From assembly GCA_001791995.1 (NCBI GenBank), contig MGFR01000001.1:177148-241147 (forward strand): a stretch of 64,000 nt of DNA. The letters are read 5' to 3'. The stretch comes from Candidatus Woesebacteria bacterium RBG_13_46_13 (lineage in GTDB: Bacteria; Patescibacteriota; Microgenomatia; UBA8517). Shown piece by piece: positions 9,860 through 20,265 of this stretch. Each line of letters starts with the position of its first letter. Positions within the stretch are counted from its first letter, which is position 1. The translations under genes were made by a program, and so were the position numbers. The notes under the pieces were generated by a model that was not told where the DNA came from, searched no databases, and was given only the letters and a program-made list of their open reading frames with translations.

Positions 9860-12079
9860 ATGAAGAAAGTTGAAAAATCCATCGAATTAGGTGGAAGAAA
9901 GTTAACACTCCAAGCAGGAGTTTTAGCAGAACAAGCCTCGGGTGCAATTTTGGCCCAATACGGTGAGACGGTTGTATTAGCAACGGTTGTCTCGGCGCCT
10001 CTTAAGGTTGATTTGGGGTATTTCCCCCTGACGGTTGAGTATCAGGAAAGGCTTTATGCCGGCGGCAGAATAAAAGGGAGCCGTTGGGTCAAACGCGAGG
10101 GACGTCCTTCCGATGAGGAAATTCTCTCCGCCAGGCTAATCGACCGTTCCATCCGACCTCTTTTCCCGGAAACCTACAAAAAAGACGTTCAGGTCATGAT
10201 CACCGTTCTTTCTGTTGATATCGAAAACGACCCGTCGGTCCTATCCGCCATTGCGACTTCGGCCGCCATTGCGATTTCCCCGATTCCCTGGAAGGGTCCA
10301 GTGGGAACTGTACGTGTCGGTAAAAAAGACGGCACTTTCTTTACCAATCCTCAGGATTCGGAAATGGCATTTTCGGATATGGATTTGGTGGTTTCTTCAA
10401 CCAAGGACGCCGTTTTGATGATTGAGGCGGGAGCCAAAGAGGTAGATGAAGAAGCGGTTTTGGGAGCAATTGAGCATGGACAAAAAGACGCAAAGAAAGT
10501 AATTGAGCTAATTGAGGATTTAGCCAAAGAGGTTAAGGTGGAAAAAGAATCTGCCGGAGAAGCCCTTTTTACGGCTGAAACAAAGACTAAAGTTAAAAAA
10601 CTCCTGGAGGGAAAGGCCGAAGATTTGATAAAGGTTATGGCCGAGCGTGAAGGCGGAGGGGAACTTGACGAGATTAAAACAGCGATTGCTCAGGAATTAA
10701 GCGAAGAATCCCCGGCGGCTGTTTCCTTAATTGTAGAAAAAATAGTTAAGGAAAAGGCCAGAGAAATAACCCTGAAGGGCAAAAGGGTTGATGGCAGAAA
10801 GGTTGACGAGATAAGAAAACTTTCAAGCCAGGTCGGAGTTCTTCCCAGGACCCACGGCAGTGCAATTTTTCAAAGAGGACAAACACAAGTCTTAACCGTT
10901 ACTACTCTTGGAGCCCCGTCTCTGGGGCAACTTCTTGAGTCTGCCGAAGGCGAGGAATCAAAAAGATATATGCACCATTACTCAATGCCTCCCTATTCGG
11001 TAGGGCAGACAGGCAGGGTAGGTTATCCGTCAAGGCGGGAGATTGGTCACGGAGCTTTGGCCGAACGGGCACTGGAGCCTGTAATCCCGGCAGAAGATGT
11101 CTTTCCTTATGCAATTAGGGTGGTATCCGAGGTCACCAGTTCAAACGGCTCAACCTCAATGGCCTCCGTCTGCGGCTCGACACTTTCCTTGATGGACTCG
11201 GGTGTTCCCATTGCCTCTCCGGTTTCGGGAATTGCCATGGGTTTAGTCATCGATACTCCGAAAAAGTATGTGGTCTTATCCGACATCATGGGACTTGAGG
11301 ATTATATGGTCGGGGATATGGATTTTAAGGTGGCGGGAACCCAAAAGGGAATAACCGCGCTGCAGCTGGATGTTAAAACCTTGGATTTAAGTCTTGAGAT
11401 TCTCGGCAAAGCCCTCTCCCAGGCCAAAGAAGGCCGCGCAAAAATTCTTAAAAGCATTCTTGAGACACTTCCGGAGCCCAGAAAAGGCGTTTCCGCTTTT
11501 GCACCCAAAATTAAAGTAGTGAAGATTTCCCCGGAAAAGATTGGGGAAGTCATCGGTCCTGGGGGAAAGATGATTCGAAAGATTATTGCCGAAACAGGAG
11601 CCCAGGTTGAAGTCGAGGACGACGGCAGCATTAATGTTTCTTCCATCACCGATGCCGCGGTTGCGGCAGCGATTGAAAGGATTGAAGGCCTGACCAAGGA
11701 AGTTGCCCCAGGCGAGATTTATGACGGGGAGGTCAAAAGAATTCAGCCTTTCGGCGCATTTGTGGAGATACTCCCGGGTAAAGACGGATTGGTTCATGTA
11801 TCCGATATGGGTGAGGGCTTTGTAAAAAATCCGGAGGATGTGGTGAAACTTGGAGATAAAATTAAAGTCCGGGTCAAAGAAATCGACAATTTGGGGAGAA
11901 TAAACCTTTCGATGAACATGGACCCATCCAAGGACAAGCCTAGAGCCGAAAGAAGAGATAGCTTTGGCCCCAGGAAATTTGAAAGAAGACCCAGTAGGGG
12001 TTTTGCAGACAAAGGTGGTTTTGGTGGACCCCATTTCCCCACGAGTAGATTTGTGGATTCCAAGAAAAAAGGCTTCTAA
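9860..12079 (+). CDS. pnp: Polynucleotide phosphorylase (PNPase)
   Basis: Two RNase PH domains, a KH domain (KIGEVIGPGGKMIRKI) and an S1 domain; classic rpsO-pnp pair; ATG at 9860 is preferred over the TTG at 9848. Confidence 0.93.
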   Translation: MKKVEKSIELGGRKLTLQAGVLAEQASGAILAQYGETVVLATVVSAPLKVDLGYFPLTVEYQERLYAGGRIKGSRWVKREGRPSDEEILSARLIDRSIRPLFPETYKKDVQVMITVLSVDIENDPSVLSAIATSAAIAISPIPWKGPVGTVRVGKKDGTFFTNPQDSEMAFSDMDLVVSSTKDAVLMIEAGAKEVDEEAVLGAIEHGQKDAKKVIELIEDLAKEVKVEKESAGEALFTAETKTKVKKLLEGKAEDLIKVMAEREGGGELDEIKTAIAQELSEESPAAVSLIVEKIVKEKAREITLKGKRVDGRKVDEIRKLSSQVGVLPRTHGSAIFQRGQTQVLTVTTLGAPSLGQLLESAEGEESKRYMHHYSMPPYSVGQTGRVGYPSRREIGHGALAERALEPVIPAEDVFPYAIRVVSEVTSSNGSTSMASVCGSTLSLMDSGVPIASPVSGIAMGLVIDTPKKYVVLSDIMGLEDYMVGDMDFKVAGTQKGITALQLDVKTLDLSLEILGKALSQAKEGRAKILKSILETLPEPRKGVSAFAPKIKVVKISPEKIGEVIGPGGKMIRKIIAETGAQVEVEDDGSINVSSITDAAVAAAIERIEGLTKEVAPGEIYDGEVKRIQPFGAFVEILPGKDGLVHVSDMGEGFVKNPEDVVKLGDKIKVRVKEIDNLGRINLSMNMDPSKDKPRAERRDSFGPRKFERRPSRGFADKGGFGGPHFPTSRFVDSKKKGF

Positions 12080-12139
12080 GAAGCTACCCGAAACCTAAAT
12101 GACTTCTTCAAATCTGTTTGGTGATATAGAATAAAAGAT

Positions 12140-13186
12140 ATGGATACTGCTGCCCAGGAAATTAGTTTACTGGAAGAAAAAATCAAGAAAGCTTCTTTGC
12201 CCGAAAAGCTGACCGAGGTTGTTTTGGTTAGGCTTAATCAGCTGACCAAGCTGACCAACTCCCCGACCTTCTTACCGGAATTTGACCGAATTGGCCGTTA
12301 TATAGACTGGATTACCAAGATTCCTTGGGGTCAAAAGACCCAGGACAGCTTGGATTTGGTAAATGCCAAGAAAATTCTCGACAAGAACCATTTCGGCCTC
12401 GGTGAGATCAAAGACAGAATTTTGGAATATATTTCCGTGATGAAACTCAAACAGGAAAAGGGCGAAGGCATCGAGATAACCCGCGCACCCATTCTTTGTT
12501 TTGTAGGCCTGGTCGGAACTGGCAAAACTACCATTGCCTTTTCGATTGCGGAGGCCCTCGGCAGAAAGTTTGCCAGAATTCCGTTTGGAGGAATGGGCGA
12601 CCCCCTGGATTTAAGAGGACAGTCGAGGATGTACGCCGAGGCCGAGCCCGGCAAGATTGTTAAATCCTTGGTGGTCAGCCAAAGCCGCAACCCGGTAATA
12701 CTGCTTGACGAGATAGACAGGGTAACCGATGCCGGCAGGGCCTCGATTATGGGAGTTTTGGTGGAACTTTTGGATCCCGAACAGAATCATGAATTTATCG
12801 ACCACTACATCGATTATCCGGTGGATTTATCGGAAGTCTTATTTATCGCAACAGCGAATAACACAACCAATATTTCAACTGCGGTTTTGGACAGAATTGA
12901 ACCCATCGCCATGCCGTCCTATTCGGACAACGAGAAAATTACCATCGGAATTTCGTATATCCTGCCCAAGGCAATGAAGGCCGCGGGAATTCCCGACGGG
13001 GCCCTGGTTATCGACCAAGACGTTTGGTCTAGCATCGTCAGGCCCTTGGGTTATGATGCTGGAATCAGAACGCTGGAAAGAACTATTGAAGGGCTGGTCA
13101 GGAAAGTCGCCCGAAGCATCGTTGAGGGAAAATCGACAGGTTTTCATATCAACGCCCAAAACGTCAGAGAATTTTTACCACAATAA
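12140..13186 (+). CDS. Lon-family AAA+ ATPase module lacking both the N-terminal domain and the S16 protease domain
   Basis: Aligns to the Lon region YIDW..PW..D...A...LD..H.GL..IKDRILEY, Walker A GLVGTGKTT, Walker B ILLDEIDR, sensor ATANN and LDRIEPI; the ORF stops exactly where the Lon protease domain would begin. Confidence 0.75.
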   Translation: MDTAAQEISLLEEKIKKASLPEKLTEVVLVRLNQLTKLTNSPTFLPEFDRIGRYIDWITKIPWGQKTQDSLDLVNAKKILDKNHFGLGEIKDRILEYISVMKLKQEKGEGIEITRAPILCFVGLVGTGKTTIAFSIAEALGRKFARIPFGGMGDPLDLRGQSRMYAEAEPGKIVKSLVVSQSRNPVILLDEIDRVTDAGRASIMGVLVELLDPEQNHEFIDHYIDYPVDLSEVLFIATANNTTNISTAVLDRIEPIAMPSYSDNEKITIGISYILPKAMKAAGIPDGALVIDQDVWSSIVRPLGYDAGIRTLERTIEGLVRKVARSIVEGKSTGFHINAQNVREFLPQ

Positions 13187-13187
13187 G

Positions 13188-13802
13188 ATGGAAGAGAAGG
13201 AAAAATCAGCAAGACTCCAGGATTTAAAAAAGAGAATGCAAAACGACACGGCTCTGCCTTTGAGAAATTCAGCCACCCAATTGGTTTTTGGTGAAGGCAG
13301 CCCTGATACTAAAATATTCTTTTTGGGAGAAGGCCCTGGTTATTGGGAAGACCAGAAAGGCAGACCTTTCGTGGGAAATGCGGGCGCTCTACTCAACCAG
13401 CTGCTTTATTCTATTAAACTACCCAGGCAAGACGTATTTATCACCAACGTGATCTGTTTTAGGCCACCGGAGAACAGAGATCCTTTACCCGAGGAGATTG
13501 AAGCTTTTAGGCCCTATATCGACGAAATGATTGATATCATGAAGCCTAAGCTGATTGTTACTCTGGGGCGCTTTTCTATGGCCAAATTTGTTCCCGGAGC
13601 CAAGATAACCGCTGTTCACGGAAAATCTTTCGTTGTAGACTGGAAGGGAAGAAAAATTACCGTTGTTCCGATGTTTCATCCTGCAGCGGCCTTAAGAAGC
13701 GGGGAAGTATTGCGAATGATTAAAGAAGACTTTATGCTTCTTCCTGATATCCTTAAGAAGGAAAACCAGGTACAGGCCGAACAGATGAATTTAAGCATAT
13801 GA
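13188..13802 (+). CDS. Uracil-DNA glycosylase, family 4-like
   Basis: GEGPGYWEDQKGRPFVGNAGALL motif A and a HPAAALR-type motif B; ATG at 13188 follows the Lon-like stop directly. Confidence 0.8.
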   Translation: MEEKEKSARLQDLKKRMQNDTALPLRNSATQLVFGEGSPDTKIFFLGEGPGYWEDQKGRPFVGNAGALLNQLLYSIKLPRQDVFITNVICFRPPENRDPLPEEIEAFRPYIDEMIDIMKPKLIVTLGRFSMAKFVPGAKITAVHGKSFVVDWKGRKITVVPMFHPAAALRSGEVLRMIKEDFMLLPDILKKENQVQAEQMNLSI

Positions 13803-15454
13803 AAAATAGCCTCAAATTTATAGCACTCTCCGGTACGACCGGAGTAACCGAAAATTTCTATATTTATGAATACGGAAACGATATGATCATCGTCGACTGT
13901 GGCGTGGGATTTCCCGAGCATGACATGCTCGGGGTGGATTTGGTCATCCCGGATTTTTCCTATGTCAAGAAAAATATCTCCAAACTGCGCGGAGTACTTA
14001 TTTCTCACGGACACGAAGACCATCTCGGAGCTTTACCCTTCCTCTTAAAAGAGATAAAAACTCCCATCTATTCGACGAAGCTGGTTGCGGGTTTTATTGA
14101 GGATAAATTTGAAGACTATGGATTACCGAGCCCGAGGGTTGTGGTTTTTGATCCGGAAAGGGACGTTATCTCTCTGGGAGTTTTCAAAGTAGCACCCTTT
14201 AGGGTCTCACACTCCGTTCCCGACGGTGTCGGCTTTGCAATCGATACCCCCGAAGGAAAAATTTTCCACGTCCCCGACTATAAGTTTGACTGGACCCCGG
14301 TCGACGGGAAGCCCTTTGATGTGACCAGAATGGTGTCTTTGGCGACAGGGGGCGTATTGGGTGTGGCATCGGATTCCTTAGGCTCCACAACTCCTGGCTA
14401 TACCGAAAGCGAGAGGGAAATAGAAGGCAAACTGGAAGAGATTATCAGGAAGGGCAAACGACGTGTTTATTTCACCACGATTTCTTCGAATATTTCCAGA
14501 GTTCAGCAGGCACTACAGGTAGCTGCCCGTTTGGGCCGCAAGGTGAGTTTTGTCGGAAAATCAATTGACCGAAAAGCCGAAATTGCCAGGAACTTGGGGT
14601 ACCTGCATTATTCAAAAGATCTGGTTATCCCGGCAAAGCAGGCCGCCAAACTGCCGATCGAGAGAGTGATGTATATCATTTCCGGCAGTTACGGTCAGCC
14701 CGGAAGCGCACTCTATAGAGTGGCATTGGGGGATCACGATTTCTTAAAAATAGAGGCTAACGACTTGGTTGTTTTTTCTTCGGATCCGGCCCCGCCCGGC
14801 TCCAAGACAAACGTGGACTTTGTGGTGGATAAACTGATCGAGCTTAATGCCGATGTGCACTATTACGATGTTCAGGAGGATTTGCACGTCTCCGGGCACG
14901 GTAGCCAGAAGGATATCCTGATGCTTTTTGGACTTTTAAAGCCCAAATATTTTATGCCCATAGGTGGGACGGTTAGGCACATGAGGTCTTATAGCCTCTT
15001 GGCCCAAAGCATCGGGGCGGATGGCAGAAACGTCTTTGAGCTAACCCCGGGTGAAATCGTCGAGTTTAAATCCGGCCTGGCCAGGCTTTCCGGAAAGGTC
15101 CCTACCAGAAATATTTTGGTTGATGGCTTAGGAGTTGGAGATGTGGGCAACGTTGTCTTAAGAGACAGGCAGGTTCTTGCCCGGGACGGTGTAGCCATAG
15201 TTCTTTTGATGTTTGACGGGGCCAATAGAGTCTTGGTTGCAGACCCAGAGATAATCAGCCGAGGCTTTGTTTACGAGAACAAAGAGAAAGAGTTTCTACT
15301 TAGAGCCGGTAAAGATTTAAGGCGCCTTATTGAATCCAAAAAAAGAATAGACGGGAAACTTCTAAAAGACGAATCTCAAGACTTCCTTGAGAAGTATTTC
15401 TATGCAAAGACGGGCAGGCGCCCGATGGTTCTTCCCCTGATTGTGGAAGTATAA
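13799..15454 (+). CDS. rnj: Ribonuclease J (metallo-beta-lactamase/beta-CASP)
   Basis: HGHEDHLGALP metal-binding motif, beta-CASP region, 551 aa; start overlaps the UDG stop (ATGA). Confidence 0.9.
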   Translation: MKNSLKFIALSGTTGVTENFYIYEYGNDMIIVDCGVGFPEHDMLGVDLVIPDFSYVKKNISKLRGVLISHGHEDHLGALPFLLKEIKTPIYSTKLVAGFIEDKFEDYGLPSPRVVVFDPERDVISLGVFKVAPFRVSHSVPDGVGFAIDTPEGKIFHVPDYKFDWTPVDGKPFDVTRMVSLATGGVLGVASDSLGSTTPGYTESEREIEGKLEEIIRKGKRRVYFTTISSNISRVQQALQVAARLGRKVSFVGKSIDRKAEIARNLGYLHYSKDLVIPAKQAAKLPIERVMYIISGSYGQPGSALYRVALGDHDFLKIEANDLVVFSSDPAPPGSKTNVDFVVDKLIELNADVHYYDVQEDLHVSGHGSQKDILMLFGLLKPKYFMPIGGTVRHMRSYSLLAQSIGADGRNVFELTPGEIVEFKSGLARLSGKVPTRNILVDGLGVGDVGNVVLRDRQVLARDGVAIVLLMFDGANRVLVADPEIISRGFVYENKEKEFLLRAGKDLRRLIESKKRIDGKLLKDESQDFLEKYFYAKTGRRPMVLPLIVEV

Positions 15455-15465
15455 TGTAGATTGCG

Positions 15466-17547
15466 ATGAGCAAGAGGCACAGACGTTCAACCAAAAGAGC
15501 TTTTAATCTCAGGCTGAAAAAAGGCACGGTCTATTCCATTGTCCAGGTCTTTTTCTTTGCCTTGGCAGGACTTATATTGGTGTCTTTTTCCAGGCAGGGG
15601 CTGGTTTTGGTGAGGCTTAATGATTTGCTCATCAGCGCTTTTTCCTGGACGACTTTTATTCTGCCCTTCCTTTTTCTTTCCTTTGCTTTGCTTGTTTCCA
15701 AAATCAAAAACCCGTTGGGGCAACCGAATGTGGTTATCGGCGGACTGCTTTTTTTTGTTTCGATCCTGACCCTAGGTAGGGCAGGAGCAATCGGCAGGAT
15801 GGCCTGGGGGGGAGCCTCTTCGTTGGTTACCTCCATCGGGGCCTTTATAGTACTTTTAGGTACCACACTGGTGGGGCTGATCATTCTTTTCAATACTTCT
15901 TTCGAACAGGTAATAGAATTGGCCTCGGGTATTATTGCCCAGGCCAAGAAATATATCCTTGGCGAAAAAGGATTTTCCAGGCAAACCTCCCGTGGGCCAA
16001 TGAAAGTCTCGGGTGGAGCTCTGCCCCAGGCTGGGGCAAGACCGCCGCAGGAAGTACCAGGACAACTCGAACAAAAATTGGTAAGTAATGTCCCCGGAGA
16101 AGAAAAGGTTTGGAAATATCCCTCCATCGAACTCTTAAGCGATGTCGAAAGCGGCAAGGCCAATCGCGGAGACATTAAAGGCAACGCCGCCACGATTGAA
16201 AAAACTCTTGAATCGTTTGGTATAACCGCACGGGTGGTTGAGGTTAACTTGGGCCCCGCGGTTACCCAATATGCACTTGAGGTGGCCCTGGGGACAAAGC
16301 TTTCGAAGATTACTTCCCTGGAGCGGGATTTAGCTCTGGCCCTTTCCGCCCCGACGGGAACAATCAGGATTGAGGCGCCGATTCCGGGAAGGAATCTGGT
16401 GGGCATAGAGCTGCCCAACATCAGCCCGGAGTTTGTTCCATTAAGAAGAATGATGGAATCCGATGTGATTAGGGATAATCATTCGAAGCTAGCCGTGGCC
16501 CTGGGATTGGATGTTTCGGGTAAGCCCATCGTCACCGAGATCGGCAGAATGCCCCACGTTCTGATTGCGGGCCAGACCGGCTCCGGAAAGTCGGTTTGTA
16601 TCAACGCTTTCTTGGCAACGATTCTTTTTAGGGCGGCCCCATCCGAGGTTAAGCTGATTATGGTTGACCCTAAGAGAGTAGAGCTGACCCATTACAACGG
16701 TATCCCGCACCTTCTCTCTCCGGTAATCGTCGAACCTGAAAAAGTGATATCTGCCCTGAAGTGGATTCTGGCGGAAATGGACAGGCGTTACAAGCTTTTT
16801 GCCCAAGCTGGAGCCAGAAATATCGATGGCTATAACGAAATGTCGGGTTTCCAGGCTCTTCCTTATATAGTGCTTTTCATCGACGAACTTGCGGATATCA
16901 TGCTTTTCTCACCGGTGGAGGTAGAAGATGCGATTACCAGAATTGCCCAGATGAGCCGGGCCACAGGTATACATATGGTTCTGGCGACCCAAAGACCTTC
17001 GGTGGATGTTATTACGGGTCTTATCAAGGCCAACATTCCCTGCAGGATAGCTTTTGCGGTTGCCTCCCAGGTAGATTCCCGGGTAATACTGGATACCCAG
17101 GGAGCGGAAAAACTCTTGGGGCGGGGAGATATGCTTTACCTGCCTCCCGAACAGGCCAAACCGATCAGAATTCAGGGAGCCTTCGTTTCGGATAAGGAGA
17201 CCAACGCACTGGTTGCCTTCCTTAAAAACCAGGGAGTTACCCCCCAATATACCGAGGAGGTAACCTCAATGCCTAAAGGTGGGGGGGCAACAGTTCCGGG
17301 TCTTACAGGTGAGGCAGACGATTTGTTTGCGGAAGCGGTGAGGGTAGTTTGCCAATACGAGAGAGCCTCGGCCTCCCTTTTGCAAAGACGGCTTTCAATC
17401 GGCTATGCCCGAGCAGCCCGAATTATCGACCAACTGGAAGCTGCCGGCGTCGTCAGCCAGGCTGAGGGATCCAAAGCCAGGGATGTTCTGGTCCAAAACG
17501 CCGAAGAATTTCTAGCTTCTGCCTCACAAGGTAGTGAGCCCCAATGA
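15466..17547 (+). CDS. ftsK: DNA translocase FtsK/SpoIIIE
   Basis: N-terminal TM segments, GQTGSGKSV Walker A, LFIDELAD Walker B, C-terminal gamma (wHTH) domain. Confidence 0.92.
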   Translation: MSKRHRRSTKRAFNLRLKKGTVYSIVQVFFFALAGLILVSFSRQGLVLVRLNDLLISAFSWTTFILPFLFLSFALLVSKIKNPLGQPNVVIGGLLFFVSILTLGRAGAIGRMAWGGASSLVTSIGAFIVLLGTTLVGLIILFNTSFEQVIELASGIIAQAKKYILGEKGFSRQTSRGPMKVSGGALPQAGARPPQEVPGQLEQKLVSNVPGEEKVWKYPSIELLSDVESGKANRGDIKGNAATIEKTLESFGITARVVEVNLGPAVTQYALEVALGTKLSKITSLERDLALALSAPTGTIRIEAPIPGRNLVGIELPNISPEFVPLRRMMESDVIRDNHSKLAVALGLDVSGKPIVTEIGRMPHVLIAGQTGSGKSVCINAFLATILFRAAPSEVKLIMVDPKRVELTHYNGIPHLLSPVIVEPEKVISALKWILAEMDRRYKLFAQAGARNIDGYNEMSGFQALPYIVLFIDELADIMLFSPVEVEDAITRIAQMSRATGIHMVLATQRPSVDVITGLIKANIPCRIAFAVASQVDSRVILDTQGAEKLLGRGDMLYLPPEQAKPIRIQGAFVSDKETNALVAFLKNQGVTPQYTEEVTSMPKGGGATVPGLTGEADDLFAEAVRVVCQYERASASLLQRRLSIGYARAARIIDQLEAAGVVSQAEGSKARDVLVQNAEEFLASASQGSEPQ

Positions 17548-18170
17548 AAACCATAGGCAGTTTTATTAAAGATGCCCGTGCCAAAAAGAGATATTCTTTG
17601 GCCAAACTAGAAGAAGCTACCAAGATCAAAAAGGATTTTATTGAGGCAATAGAGAAAGAGGATTGGAAGACCCTCCCCGATTATTCTGTTGTTGTGGGTT
17701 TTGTAAAGAATATCGCAGCGTATCTGCAGGCCGGCGAAAGGCAGGCAATAGCGCTTCTAAGAAGGGACTATCCTCCGCAAAAGTTATCCATAAATCCCAA
17801 ACCCGATGTTTCCAGGCAGTTTGTTTGGAGCCCAAAACTGACATTTTTTGTCGGCGTGGGAGCAGTGATTGCCATAATTGTCGGATATCTTATCTTCCAA
17901 TATGTCAGATTTATCAATCCTCCGCATCTTGAGGTTTTCGAGCCCAAAGAAGGACAGGTAGTTAATACGGCTGCAATCAGAGTCTCAGGAAAAACCGACG
18001 GCGACGCGGTAATTAAAGCCAATAATCAACCGATATTGGTATCCGACGACGGAAAATTTAGTGCAGACATTGAGATTTTCGCCGGAACTGGTGAAATCGT
18101 GGTCAAGGCCGTTTCCCGCTCTGGAAAAGAAACTACTGTAAAGCGTATGATAAAACCGGAGTTGAAATAA
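17544..18170 (+). CDS. HTH (XRE-type) membrane protein, RodZ-like
   Basis: N-terminal HTH (RYSLAKLEEATKIKKDFIEAIE), a single TM helix (VGVGAVIAIIVGYLIF), and a C-terminal beta-rich domain. Confidence 0.5.
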   Translation: MKTIGSFIKDARAKKRYSLAKLEEATKIKKDFIEAIEKEDWKTLPDYSVVVGFVKNIAAYLQAGERQAIALLRRDYPPQKLSINPKPDVSRQFVWSPKLTFFVGVGAVIAIIVGYLIFQYVRFINPPHLEVFEPKEGQVVNTAAIRVSGKTDGDAVIKANNQPILVSDDGKFSADIEIFAGTGEIVVKAVSRSGKETTVKRMIKPELK

Positions 18171-18171
18171 T

Positions 18172-18420
18172 ATGGACGGGGTACAAACATTATTGGCGGT
18201 TGTTGTGGTTTCTTTGACCGCCCTGTTGGTAATTGTCGGAATTCAAGTTCTTTTGATTATTGTCGATTTAAGGAAAGCAATAAAAAGACTCAATAGTATT
18301 CTGGAGGATGCCATCTTGGGTGGTGGGCTAATCAGGCCGGAAAAGCTTACTGGAGTAATCGAGATTATCAAGAGAAACAAGAGATTGGAAACTCTTGGAG
18401 CGGATTCCTCGGAGAAATAG
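18172..18420 (+). CDS. Small membrane protein (82 aa), hypothetical
   Basis: N-terminal TM helix followed by a charged helix; tightly coupled 1 nt after the RodZ-like gene. Confidence 0.35.
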   Translation: MDGVQTLLAVVVVSLTALLVIVGIQVLLIIVDLRKAIKRLNSILEDAILGGGLIRPEKLTGVIEIIKRNKRLETLGADSSEK

Positions 18421-18426
18421 ACAGTC

Positions 18427-18455
18427 TTTATATCAGCCTCCTTTGTCTATATAAT
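18427..18455 (+). promoter_or_regulatory. sigma70-like promoter TTTATA-17-TATAAT upstream of alaS
   Basis: Perfect -10 TATAAT at 18450-18455; weaker -35 at 18427-18432. Confidence 0.4.
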
Positions 18456-18489
18456 CTAGCCAGAAGCAAAGCTTTTTAAGTCGGCTATT

Positions 18490-20259
18490 ATGACCACAGA
18501 CGAGATTCGCGAAAAATACCTAAAATTTTTTGAAGAAAGGGGACACGCAAAAATAGAGGCAGCTCCTCTGGTTTTGGAAAACGATCCGACTACCCTTTTT
18601 ACCTCGGCCGGAATGCAGCCTTTAATTCCCTACCTTAAGGGTGAAGTGCACCCCAAAGGCAAAAGGCTGGTGGATATTCAGCCTTCTTTAAGACTGCAGG
18701 ATATTGAAGAAGTGGGAGATGCTTCCCACACTACTTTTTTTGAGATGCTTGGCAACTGGAGCTTGGGAGATTATTTCAAAAAAGAGCAGCTTGCCTGGTG
18801 TTGGGAGTTTTTTACAAAAGAACTGGGACTAGAGCCCGAAAGACTTTATGTTTCTGTTTTTGAAGGAACAAAGGATGTTCCCAAAGATACAGAGTCCGCC
18901 GATGTTTGGAAAAGCCTGGGAGTTCCCGAGGAGAGAATTTTTTACTACGGAGTCGATAAGAACTGGTGGAGCAGAAGCGGAACTCCGGATTCAATGCCCG
19001 ATGGAGAAATCGGCGGTCCGGACTCCGAAATCTTCTTTGAATTTACAGATATTCCCCACAACAAAAAATACGGCAAGGATTGTCACCCCAACTGCCAGTG
19101 TGGAAGGTTCATGGAGATAGGCAACTCCGTCTTTATTCAGTACGAAAAGCAAAAAGACGGCACCCTTTCCGAGCTCCCCCAGAAGAATGTTGACTTTGGA
19201 GGGGGACTGGAAAGAATCTCGGCCGCCGTTGGCGGCTATTCAGACATTTTTCTGACCGACATTTACGAGCAGGCCATAAGGGTGATGGAAAAGATTACGG
19301 GAAGAAAGTATCGCCAGGTAAAATCGGAAAGCGCAGATTTTAGAATCATTGCCGACCACCTAAGGGCTGCGGTAGCAATTGCAAAAAACGGAGTCTATCC
19401 CGGCAATAAACTTCAGGGTTATGTTCTACGCAGATTGATAAGAAGAGCCGTTGCGAAGATACGCCAGATTAAACCAGATTCTGCAGTGGATATTATCGGA
19501 AAAATGTGCGAATCGTTTGGGGCGAGTAACGACGTGGGCGACGTGATTAAGGAGGAAGTGGAAAAATTTGAAAGAATCTTACTTGAGGGCGCAAGGGTAG
19601 TAAAACAGAATCCCAAAATTGACCCCTTTGAACTTTATCAATCGTTCGGAATTCCATACGAGATGTCTCTTGAGATTTTTTCGGGAGTGGGGAGATTGCT
19701 GACGGATAAGGACAAAAAGGAGTTCGAGAAAAAATTCGAAGAGCATCAAGAACAATCAAGAAGTGCCTCCGCTGGAATGTTTAAGGGAGGCTTGGCCGAT
19801 GCGTCTGAAGAGGTAACCAAACTTCATACCGCCACTCATCTGGTCCATGCCGCGTTAAGAAAAGTATTGGGAGAGACCGTGTCCCAGAAAGGCTCAAATA
19901 TCACTGCGGAAAGATTAAGATTCGACTTTTCCCATGCTGAAAAATTAACAGATGGACAAATAAAGAAAGTAGAAGGTCTTATTAACGAAGTTGTTGATAA
20001 AGACTTACCGGTTACGTTTGAAACTAAAACATTGGACGAAGCTATTAAGGAAGGTGCTTTGCATTTCTTCGGCGAAAGATACGGGAATGAAGTAAAAGTC
20101 TATACCATCGGGGACCCCAAGGGCGGCTGGTTCTCAAAGGAAGTTTGCGGCGGGCCTCATGTTGAACACACGCATCTTATTGGCCATGTTAGAATAGTTA
20201 AGCAGGAGAAAGTCGGCTCGGGAATTGTCAGAATCTATGCCACGAATAAGCCCGAGTAG
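18490..20259 (+). CDS. alaS: Alanine--tRNA ligase (catalytic plus editing domains; no C-Ala domain)
   Basis: FTSAGMQP, FFEMLGNWSLGDYFK class II motifs; editing domain HTATHLVHAAL...CGGPHV; 589 aa. Confidence 0.9.
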   Translation: MTTDEIREKYLKFFEERGHAKIEAAPLVLENDPTTLFTSAGMQPLIPYLKGEVHPKGKRLVDIQPSLRLQDIEEVGDASHTTFFEMLGNWSLGDYFKKEQLAWCWEFFTKELGLEPERLYVSVFEGTKDVPKDTESADVWKSLGVPEERIFYYGVDKNWWSRSGTPDSMPDGEIGGPDSEIFFEFTDIPHNKKYGKDCHPNCQCGRFMEIGNSVFIQYEKQKDGTLSELPQKNVDFGGGLERISAAVGGYSDIFLTDIYEQAIRVMEKITGRKYRQVKSESADFRIIADHLRAAVAIAKNGVYPGNKLQGYVLRRLIRRAVAKIRQIKPDSAVDIIGKMCESFGASNDVGDVIKEEVEKFERILLEGARVVKQNPKIDPFELYQSFGIPYEMSLEIFSGVGRLLTDKDKKEFEKKFEEHQEQSRSASAGMFKGGLADASEEVTKLHTATHLVHAALRKVLGETVSQKGSNITAERLRFDFSHAEKLTDGQIKKVEGLINEVVDKDLPVTFETKTLDEAIKEGALHFFGERYGNEVKVYTIGDPKGGWFSKEVCGGPHVEHTHLIGHVRIVKQEKVGSGIVRIYATNKPE

Positions 20260-20265
20260 TTTTCT

